In this document: in pieces, positions 10,824 through 22,400 of the stretch | How the letters are laid out: every line of letters begins with the position of its first letter | Position numbering within the stretch: the first letter of the stretch is position 1 | Source: Paraspadella gotoi | Lineage: Eukaryota > Animalia > Chaetognatha | Direction of reading: 5' to 3' | NCBI GenBank assembly: GCA_051294375.1 | Contig: CM119264.1 | Coordinates: 29,231,589 to 29,288,167 of the forward strand | Length of the DNA stretch: 56,579 bases | Made by a program: the position numbers and the translations under genes | The notes under the pieces: model-generated | The model's input: only the letters and a program-made list of their open reading frames with translations | Told to the model about the DNA's origin: nothing | Databases searched by the model: none

Positions 10824-13700
10824 TTAAATTAAATCAGTGGGCAATAGGTACGTTTGTTCTGTCGGATTCACTCCATTACTAGATGTTTGTTTCTCAAAAA
10901 GTTGGGCGATTTTTTCCAAAGGAACGCCTTTTGTTTCTGGAACGGCGAAGAAGACGAAGAAGCACGACAAGAGACTCCAAGCGGCGTAGAACCAGTAACA
11001 ACCGTAACTGCCGAGTTCGTCCTGAAAAGACAAACAAAGTAGCACTCTTTAATGTGATGATTTTAAGAGAGTTTAATTGCAATACCTAAGACATAGGCTG
11101 AGTGAGAAAATATTTAAAAAAAACAGGAAAAATTTTATTTTAGCAATTACTATTGATAATTTTAAGAACAAGTCGTCGTCAAAACAAAAATCAATCGACA
11201 TCGAAAAATAATCACCACTCTAAATCACTCAACTGTCTCACTACNNNNNNNNNNNNNNNNNNNNNNNNNNNNNNNNNNNNNNNNNNNNNNNNNNNNNNNN
11301 NNNNNNNNNNNNNNNNNNNNNNNNNNNNNNNNNNNNNNNNNNNNNNNNNNNNNNNNNNNNNNNNNNNNNNNNNNNNNNNNNNNNNNNNNNNNNNNNNNNN
11401 NNNNNNNNNNNNNNNNNNNNNNNNNNNNNNNNNNNNNNNNNNNNNNNNNNNNNNNNNNNNNNNNNNNNNNNNNNNNNNNNNNNNNNNNNNNNNNNNNNNN
11501 NNNNNNNNNNNNNNNNNNNNNNNNNNNNNNNNNNNNNNNNNNNNNNNNNNNNNNNNNNNNNNNNNNNNNNNNNNNNNNNNNNNNNNNNNNNNNNNNNNNN
11601 NNNNNNNNNNNNNNNNNNNNNNNNNNNNNNNNNNNNNNNNNNNNNNNNNNNNNNNNNNNNNNNNNNNNNNNNNNNNNNNNNNNNNNNNNNNNNNNNNNNN
11701 NNNNNNNNNNNNNNNNNNNNNNNNNNNNNNNNNNNNNNNNNNNNNNNNNNNNNNNNNNNNNNNNNNNNNATCACTCAACTGTCTCACTACATCAACCACC
11801 ATCACCTTTTAATCTTCTCCATCAATCCCCAATTCCTTCTACATCACTCTCCATCTCTCTACATCTTTCTCCTTCTCGCTCCGTCCCTTCTCGTCTCTCT
11901 ACATCACTCTCCATCCCTCTCTCCATCTCACTCCATCACTCTCAATCCAAACTACATCCCTCACCATCAAGTTGACGAATGTCTTGGTGACGACGAAAGC
12001 CCCTCCCCAATTGACGAGCGTCGCGATGGAGGAGGCCGTGACTTTGGCGAAGTTGGGAAAGACTTCCGACATCATGAGCCAAGGGATCGGGCCGAAGCCG
12101 AACGAGAAGAAAACTGGAGAAGGAATACAGGTATATCTATTGTAAAATCCTTGTTGGATGTCAACTTTTATCGTTTTATTATACTAACACTAATACCGTA
12201 TAAAAATTTTTTGTTTTAATATTTTAATTTTATAGATTTTACTAATTTTATTAAACATTAAACATATACGGTTTTGTTCAATTTATTTATCTATTATCTG
12301 ATGTCGTTTGTTGTCTTATGAAACACCAGGTTGAATTCTTTCTCTCCAAGTTTTATTCCAAGATAGCTTATGTATAGCAATACTGTTACATATTTTTTTG
12401 ACAAAATGAGATAAATTTTGTTAAAAAAAACAAAAACAAAAAATTGAACAATTAAACAAACAAAAGTTGAAACAAACTCAAATAATAAAAAAAATTCTAT
12501 AAAACTAACAAATAAATAAATAAAACAATGTTTGAAGAGAGATTTAACAACGATTTTTATTTGAATTGGCGCTGAAGAAGACTCGTATGTGAGTCGAAAC
12601 ATGTCCGTTTCTCTATGAAATAAAAATCGTTGTTAAATCTCTCTTCAAACTTTGTTCTAAATCAAATCACAACGAAACAGAAAGGAAAAAACACAATATA
12701 AATAAAACAAAAAATATAAAACAAAACGAGCAACAAAAACAAATAAAAAATATAAAAAAATTAACATAACATTTACAAACAAAATAACGAAACAAAAAAA
12801 AACCGAGAAGAAAGACAAAATCAAACCTAAACTATTTAAACATAAAAATAAATAAAACACAACAAACCCCCCCTACTCAAACACCGATGTAAATAAGAAA
12901 AGCGGCGAGGGAGAGTTGACTCAAATCCTTGGGAACGAGATCCGCGACGCCGGCGACGAGAAGTGACGCCGAGATTCCGGCGCCGGAAATGAGAAGAAGG
13001 AGACGCCGACCGGAAAAGTCGATGACGNNNNNNNNNNGAGAGAGAGAGAGAATGAAATTGGTACCATATCCATTAATTAAGCTATATTTCCCCTGACTTT
13101 GGACAGGCTTTGGCGGTTTAAGGCCTCCATCACTCTTACAAGATAAAAACATAGCAGAAACCTGAAAGCTTTCAATCAAGACTTTCTCACAGTCTAATTC
13201 ATTCAATCCCAGATTACCTGGCTTCTCTATATAAACGAATAAAATGTTTAAATTGTATAAAATGACCATTCCTCTAAGTATTAGATCGGGGAATACTATA
13301 TTGTAATCCGCACTAGCATGAAAATACTTGGGGCTAAATTTTATGAAATTGGTACAACCATTATAGAGATGTTCCATTCTTTTAATGAATAGGATTATTG
13401 GCCTTGGACAGGCTATGGTAGGTTAAGGCCAGTGCAGTCATATAGTCAGATAGAATTTTGTTCTAATAATTGTGACTTTTTATAAAAGTGTTCGTGGATC
13501 AACTACAAAGGTTAAAGGAAATCGATCTTTCTTCAAATATGATAGAAAAAAAAATATGAATAAAAAGATATATTCTAAAGTTCACGTGATCTCTAATGTT
13601 TTCAAAAACTTTTATTACTTTATTTTACTTTATTACTTTGATCGACAAAATTTTTCAGAAAGTAATAATAATTTAAAAAAATTCAAAAAATATTAAAATT

Positions 13701-13740
<40 letters not shown>

Positions 13741-14266
13741 GCTGACCGTCGTTTTATTGCAGTCAAGTTTTTCATTCCCGCCATTGGTTTCGTCAACTTT
13801 CTTTCATGACGGCAAAGGTGCAACGGGATCTGCTGATGCCCTTGCGGACATCGTCTCGCGGAACTCGACATGAACCCAACCCGAGATTTGCGTGCGTCTC
13901 TTGGATCAAAATTGCAAACCGAATTGCGATCCGCCAATGGTTTCCATTTTTTTTATAAAAGTAAATGAAACTAAAAGTTAGACGGCGGTTTTTTGGGTTT
14001 TTTTTCGAATTCATTATAAATTTAAATTTACAAATTTTAAGCGATGCACTTCACGGCGTATTCGGGCGATTAAGACTTAACGATACCTATCCTAATAGTT
14101 ATCCGCCGCAGCTGATTACATCGGACGCCAGTTCATTGAGACGTGAACTTTTAATTTTCCTTCTTTAGAAAGAAATGAGTCATCAACAAATTACTGAAAC
14201 TTCGAACGGAATAATTTTCTGGTCAACTAAAAAAAAAGAACTCTATATTTTAAATCGATAAGTTTG

Positions 14267-14313
<47 letters not shown>

Positions 14314-16387
14314 ATTGCCGCGATACAATGTGTTTCTTGAACTTTTAATGTTATTGTTTTTGATATCAACAGAACCTTTGTCAATATCGAGTTTAAAATA
14401 AATATTCTTTTTAAAAAATAAAAAATAAAAGACATACAAAATCATAGAACAATTCTACTCGCGAAAAAGAAAATTATTTATGTCTTAAATTTTAAATTGT
14501 TATAATATTTTTTGTGACAAGAATATGGCTATGTTTTACTATTTTTAAAATATTTTTCGTCGGTAAAACGAAACATATGGTCAGTCGGTCCATCATTTTC
14601 AATCGGTCTCTGTCTATTTCTTTTCTCTTTTCCTATCGATTCAATAAACTCTCATAGAATAATTTACAGACTCAATTAAGCGAATTTACGTTTAAAAGAT
14701 AATATACGTTCCTCTCTTATTTCTCCCTTCTTAAAAAAAAAATTACATCAGAGAGCGAGATTAAAAAAAAACAAAACAATGAACAACAAACAATAACAAA
14801 AAACAAAAACAAAAAACAAAAAAACAAAGTTAAAAGGATGACATTTCCTCCCATCGGTCGCCTCTTCTTCTCTCTGACATCTTTTCCAATTCCTCGTTCC
14901 TCTTCTCTTCTCTATTACCTCACCCTCCTCTTTCTCCTCGGCCTTCTCCTCAACCTCATCGCCGACCGCTTCCCCGATTACTCCGTCCGCGGATTCGGCC
15001 ATCCCAACGGCTCTTCGGCCAAGCCACTCTCCGTCGAGGAGGTCATGAGTTCGAGACTGAAGACTTACAACGACGCTTGTCGACGAAACTTTCTCGATCA
15101 GCAAAACTTTGTGTCTGGAAGGTTTGGATTTCGAATAAGGGGGGAAAAGGGGGGCTTGGGCGACCCAGGGGAGGGTACAAGTATGTCGTCATCCAAAACT
15201 ACCCCTCTCCCACGGGGACTGAACATCTTAACCCCTTGGAGCTGACCCAGTGGGGACAATTTGTTTAGTCATTAGGGGTAATCACATGCAAGATCTGGTG
15301 GGGCGCGCTATATTGCTAAGCCCGAGGGGGATCGGGGACACCCCGGGGGGAGGGTAGAAATTTATACACCCCCTTGGGTTAACTTATCTTTTGATAGTTT
15401 ATTAATATTTTAGGATAAAATTTTATCTAAATCTGTAATACATAATATCTAATAAACTAAAATAGAGGGCGAGGAAAGTCAATTAGGGTGTCCGAAAAGT
15501 TTGAGTGACCGCTTCAAGCCGTCAAAGACCGTATAAACATGTTATTTATTGTCTTATAATAGAATTATTTATTTTATTTATTGTTTATTTATTTATTTAT
15601 AGTTTATTGTCTATGCAAATCGTTCAGGTTTATCGTCTTTCCTCCTCGCAAGCCGCTTGCGTGCACCGTTCCCAAAACCGGCTCAACCAACTGGGCCAAT
15701 ATCTTTGGTCTTCTTTGGGGTAGACCGCCGAGTTATCCCAACACTACGGATAAGGCAAGTCCATTTTAAATTGTTGTTAGACATTGTTTCGTATCTCTCT
15801 TTTCGTTGGCATGGTAGCGATAAAGAATGAAGACAATTTGTTTCATATACAGGCAACGAATTTATGTTATTCGTAAAAAATGTATGTTTGGGCTAAAAAA
15901 ATTTACAAAATATTAGCGCAACATAGAAAATATTGTAAGGGATGATTATTTAATATGAACTTAAATGAGATTGAATCTCTCAATCTCATTTACATATTGC
16001 AGTTTTAAATCTAAATGTGTCTAATACCCTCGTATAATATTGAATATGGCGCCGTTTAACAAAACACGAACCTTTTTTTAAATATAAACATAACAAATGT
16101 TCTTTTTTTAATTAAGTCATTTTAAAAGATTATTTTAACGTTTAGTTACACGACTACATGACCAGCAGAGCGAGGATGCCCCAAGGGAAGCTCGCCATTT
16201 ATCTTCGTCATCCAAATACCATAACTTTTCTAATCGCTCGCCATCCGTTGGAAAGAGTATTGAGCACTTATAAGGATAAGATATTAAAACCAACTTATTA
16301 TTATCAAAACATCATCATGAGATCGCCACTGTTAAAAGGGTAAGTGGGTCGTAACAAAAAAGGCGGGAAGACTCTCACCCCAGACAC

Positions 16388-16452
<65 letters not shown>

Positions 16453-19400
16453 TGAGAAAAATGTAGAAGAAATTGAAGAGAAATGAAAATGTAATGGAAA
16501 ATAAATCCATCATAAATCAATCAATGAATTTAATATAGCCAATGTAAAATGCCAATGTAAATTCCAAATTCTGTCAAAATTCTGTCTAAAGTTGACCGGG
16601 GATGAAGAGGAGAAAGCAAGAGAGACATATCGTAGTCTCTCTCGGTCCACAAGATTTATATGTAGTGCCACTGTATCGTTATAAAGACAGAAGAAGCAAG
16701 TGAGAGAAAGATGAGAGTATGAGGAGAGGACGCGCGGAAGAAGGAAAAGGAGAAGAATCAGAGAGGTGGAAAAAAAAAAGGGAAGTGAGATAGGTGGAGA
16801 AAAAGCGGAGAGGGGAGGAGAGAGAATAGAAGAGAGAGATATGAGGAAACAGGGGGAATAGAGAGAGAGAGGAGAGAAGAGATTCTAATCCATTTTTCCC
16901 TTATACTCCGACACCATGCAAACAAAAAAAAAAAAGCACCCGAAGGACCTCAAACTACCTGGAACGTATCACCAGAAAGAATCAGAGAGAGACCTATAAG
17001 TTCGACATCGCTCACTACCGTCCGGTTCCATTCCGAACTTTCGTTCTCTACATCCTGCGCGAACACGCCAACGCCAAGACATTGGAGGTGCATTACGCAC
17101 CCGCTCATCGCACCTGTCAATCCTGCGCCGTCCGCATCTCCTACATCCTCAAGACCGAGACTCTGGACCGCGACACAGAGTTCGTGCTGAGGAAGAGCGG
17201 AGTTCGGGGTTTAAAGGTGCCGAGGAAACTGAATCCAACGCGTGGAAACACGAGGGAAATTTTGAGACGTAAGATGAAAAGCTTAGGGAGAGATATGTAC
17301 GAGGCTCTTAACAAACTCTACGCTATAGACTACGAGTTATTCGGTTACGAGATGCTGACCTACGACGAGTTGGATCGATTGTGAGAATGACGGAAAACAC
17401 CTTTGGGCTCTCTTTGACGAGAGCGCCCCATTTCTGTTTGTTTATCCCATAATTTAATTTTTAATTTTAATATTTACTATAAATATTTTTTTAATTTTAG
17501 AACTTAATCCCTCTTTATAATCTTTAACCCTAACTTATTTCTGAACCCAAACCATAAACCATTTATACCCCTAACCTTTAGTATGATTCCCTTATCCAAA
17601 TTCCTAATCTTAATTACTAACCTAATCTTTAACTTAATCCTTAAACCTAACAATAATCAATTAAAAAAATTAAAAAAATTTTAAATTTAAGACGAAATGG
17701 AGCGTTCTTGGAAATTAAGGCCCATTTTTGAAACGCGAATTTAAAAATCGTTGTAGCGAATTTTGTGCTAATCGTTTCTGCCTCTTGATGATCATGTTTT
17801 AAAAAAAATTATGACAATACGTTTCATCCGGGCTGAATGCCAATTATTCCATCTCTAATTCTCAGCGCAGATAATTTTTTTGTGCTCTTAATTTATCATT
17901 ACTAGTCATTCATTATATCAAGGGGACTTAAAGAGGTAGAAAAATTCAGCGAGAAGCAACATAATCGTTGTATTTTGAATTTCTTACCGTTTTCACCCTC
18001 AATATAAACTTTTCAGATGACTATTTAATGTTCACCGAATAAAACTTTGTACGCTTTTTTATGATTACTATTATGTGACTATTTTTTGGGAGGAATGAAA
18101 CGTATTAGTATGAAATTGGTACAACCAATATAAAAATTATCCATTCATTTAATAAATAAGCTATCTTGCCCCTGACTTTGGACAGGCTTTGGTGGTTTAA
18201 GGCCTCCATCACTCTTACAAGATAATGACATAGCAGGTCCCTGCAAGCTTTCAATCAAGACTCTCTCACAGTCTCGTTTATTCACTCCCAGAGTACCTGG
18301 CTTCCCTATCAATGAAGTGGTATAATATTTCAAAGAATGTTTCAATTGTATGAAAAGACCACTCCCTTAAGTATTAGATCGGGGAATACTTATTGTACTC
18401 CGCACTAGCATCAAAATACAAGGAGCTGAATTTTATGAAATTGGTACAACCAATATAAAAATTATCCTTTGGAAACCCTCGTCACAAAGAATAAAGTCGT
18501 TGATTTGATTTAATTAATTTTAATAACTACTTAAAAGGTGAATAACAAGGCAAAGAAAGTTCTACGTTTTATCAACGTATTTACAATAATAAAAAGACGA
18601 TATACTTGTAGAAGATACAACGAGATTAAAAAATGTAGTTGATAACAATAACGCGGTTTTAGTTCTTGGCTTTCTTAACAATGAGAGAGAGAGAGAAACT
18701 TCACAATATAAGGAGAAGAAAAGGTCAGACGACGACGACGACGACGACGACGACTGAGGTCTCACGGTAGTTCGGTGAAAAGGATTCTTTGTGACGACGG
18801 TCATCTGGTTGACCGAGGTCAACTCGAGTCGCCAGACATCCCCCCCCCAAGACCGTCGCCGGAAGGGGGCGTGTCTGATCTTGAACGGAGAGGCTCATCT
18901 ATTTCGTTGTCATCAGGTGGGTGGAGGGAGTCAGGCAGTGGAACTCGCATCTCCTTGATTCGGTGTTGCGCCTTTGCTGTTCGTGGTGGTTGGTGCCTGG
19001 GCGTGGCGTCTACTTCCGGTCTCGAGGCGCGTGTCTTGTCTGGAATAAAAGGAGGGTCTGGTCCCCTCGACGAATCTGGCTCCGGAGGGGACGTCAGTTG
19101 CTTGCTGGTAGAATCGCCACCAGAGTTCAATTGCTTGGTGGTGGAACCAAGATCACCGGGGTTACCAGTAGAATCATGATCACCAGGCGACCCATTGTTA
19201 CTAGGGATTTCGTTTCTGGGGCGGCCTCTGGGTCTTTCAGAGGGTGGCGCCGGAGGGTTGGTTTCATCAATGACAGCTGGTTTGAGACGATCAACTGAGA
19301 TGACTTCATTCCCGCGACCAGGGATGTTGATGATGAAGGTCTTGTCTCGTTTTTCGACCACCTGAAAGGGTCCATCGTAAGGTGCCTGTAGTGGTGGGGT

Positions 19401-22400
19401 GTGGCCATCTCGCCTTATAAAAACAAATTTAGACTTTTTTAAGGAATCAGGTAAGTTGACTCTTATATTGGCATGATTGGAGCCTGGTTTTGGTCTGAGA
19501 GTAGAGACGTCATGGCGGAGTCTTTGGAGCATCTCTTGACGAGCAACTTGGTCGACGTCTTGTACAATCTCGGCTGGAGCTGGAAACAGGTCGCCAGGGA
19601 TGGCAAGGGTCTCGCCAAAGGTGAGTTCTGCTGAAGAGGCGCCGAGTTCTTCTCGCGGCGCCGCGCGGAGACCGAGGAGCGTCCATGGAAGTTGCTGGAA
19701 CCAGTTGGCGCCGGCATCTTTGCATCGCGCTTTGATTGATGCTTTGAGAGTGCGATGGAATCGCTCGACGAGGCCGTTGGCTTGAGGGTGATAGGCTGTG
19801 GTTTGAGCCAGGCGATATCCCACGAGTTCAGATAGTTGACGCCACAATTCGGAGGTAAACTGAGCTCCACGGTCGGAAGTGACTGTGGTAGGAATGCCGA
19901 AGCGTGCGACCCAACCATGGAGGAAATTGACGGCGACATTGGCGGCGGAAATCTCTCTGAGAGGAATTGCTTCAGGCCATCGCGTGAAGCGGTCAATGCA
20001 CGTGAGAAAGGTAGTTGTGGCCGGCGGATTCCGGGAGTGGACCAACGAGATCGACGTGGACGTGCTGGAATCTTTTTTCCGGCGTCTCAAATGCTTGGAG
20101 AGGGGCGCGAACGTGTTCTTGCACTTTGGTTTGTTGGCACGTGATGCACGTGCGGCTCCATTCTGCGGCGTCGGTTGATGCTGACGGCCAGACAAATTTC
20201 TCCGTGATCAATTTTTTTGTTGCGCGGATGCCAGGGTGAGCGAGGCCATGGATGATGTCAAAGACGTGGCGGCGCCATTTTTTTGGAACGATAGGGCGCG
20301 CGCGGCCACTGCTAATGTCGCAAATGAGATCAGCATCTCCGATTTTGACGACTTTAAAACGGATTCCCGTGAGTGGGTCGTCAAGAAGTTTTTGTACATC
20401 TGAGTCATTCTTTTGATCTTCTGCCATTGCATCAAAGTCGATTCCATGAGGGCCAACTGCTGCCACGATGCTGTGAAAATTCTCACAAGCTTTTGCAGAT
20501 GCGACTAGACCAGGTTGACCAGGGAGTTGGGGGACGTCGATGCGGGAAAGAGCGTCGGCAACGACATTTGCCTTTCCTTCAATGAACCTGATGTCGGTAG
20601 TAAACTCAGCGACACCGGCGAGTTGATAAGCTTGTCGCATCGTATGAGGTTCACTTTTTTTGACGAGGCCGGGGACGAGGGAGTTGTGATCACTGTAGAG
20701 CGTGAATTGGCGTCCCTCAAGATACGGCCGGAAATGGCGTATGGCGAGATGCGCGGCGAGGAGTTCGCGATCAAAAGGCGGCCATTTTGTTTGATTTGGT
20801 TTCAGCGGTTTGGAGAAAAAACTGATGGGTTTCCACAAGTCATCCTCAAGCTGCTCGAGGACGCCGCCGATGGCAAGGTTGGAGGCGTCGACGGTGAGAG
20901 CGAGTCTGGCGCCGTCGATGGGATGTACGAGCATGGTCGCGTTGGCGAGGGCTTCCTTCGTCTTCTCAAAAGCTCGTTGTTGTTTTTCGTTCCACATGAG
21001 AGTTTTGGGATTGCCACGTAAGCATTCATAGAGTGGAGATAACGTGTGAGCAGCGCTTTTTATGAAACGCCGATAATAATTCAGCATTCCGAGAAATCGT
21101 TGAAGATCTTTGATGTTGGTTGGTGTTGGAAAGTTTTTGATGGCCTCGACTTTGTCCGCTTGTGGGCGTATCCCGTTGGCATCGACACGATGGCCGACGA
21201 AGTCGAGAGACGGGACGCCAAAGACACATTTGGCGCGGTTGATGATGAGGCCGTTTGCTGAGAGCTTGTCAAAACATCGATGAAGATCTTCAAGATGCTG
21301 CTCTGCATTGTCGCTGGCAACGAGGATGTCGTCAAGATAGACGAAGACGTGAGGGACGTTGCGTAGGACGACATCCATCATCCTCTGAAAATCTTGACTT
21401 GCGTTTTTAAGACCAAAAGGCGTACGGGGGTATTCCCAAAGACCAATGGGCGTGATGACGGCCGTTTTCTTGACGTCTTCTTTTGCAACTGGAATCTGAT
21501 GGTAGCCTTTGCAGAGATCAATTTTTGAGAAAATCTTTTTTCCTGCAATGTCGGCGTTAAAGTCCATCAAATTCCTGATGGGGTAGCGGTCATCCTTGGT
21601 GACGGCGTTGAGGCGCCGATAGTCGCCGCATGGGCGGATGGAACCATCTGGCTTTGGAACCACGTGTAGAGGCGAGGCCCAAGCGCTGTTGCTTTTGCGA
21701 ATAATTCCAAGCTTTTCGAGTTTTTCAAACTCTGCTTTGACGGCGGCAAGATGCTCGGGAGAGAGGCGGCGCGCTTTTGCGTAGACTGGAGGACCTTCAG
21801 TGGGGATGTGATGTTCGACACCATGTTTTGGTTTTGAAGGGTCAAACGAGAGCGTCGTCAAGTCTGGAAATTCATCAAGGAGTTTAGTATAAACGTTGCT
21901 GACCATGTTGAGGCGGAAAGGTCGATCTTTGAAGGTGTTGCCAGCAATAGTTGAAAAGTCATCGAGGTTGACAAGCAGACCGAGCTTATGGTCGGCGGCA
22001 AGATGGTATTCCATGAGGAAATCGGCGCCGAGAATGGGCGTGGCGACGTCCGCGACAATGACGTCCCAGTCAAAAGTATGGTTACCAAGGTTGATTTGCA
22101 TGTTTTGTCTCCCGTATGAAGGAATGGGCGTGCCGTTTGCTGCGTGAAGAGGAGTGGAAGTGGCGCCGTTGGCACGATCAGATGTAGATGAAGGAATGAG
22201 GGAGACGCTGGCGCCGCTGTCAATCAACCAGGTAACTCCATTGGCAAGGTCGCGGACGTGAAGAAGGGCTTCAGGATCGCCGGCAGCGGCGTTTATTGAC
22301 GGCTGCCGGCCGTTCCGTTTCCCCGATGCTCACAACCATCTCGACAGTTCCTTGCCCGGTCGCCAAATCGACGATGGTATCCGCAGATGGATTTACCATT

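Noticed and set aside
11153-11812. ORFs of 177-219 aa
   Set aside because: Composed of N-gap codons.
15162-15382. piggyBac-like MITE in sulfotransferase intron 1
   Set aside because: TIRs are imperfect and TTAA is present on one side only; too weak to call.
18145-18345. Recurrent 66-aa ORF (..[17 protein letters not shown]..) as a gene family
   Set aside because: It lies wholly within the 325-bp repeat, lacks an ATG start and is truncated in other copies.
18220-18430. Twister or pistol ribozyme in the 325-bp unit
   Set aside because: Partial look-alikes (GGTCCCTGCAAGC, TACTCCGC) lack the required spacing and pseudoknot partners.
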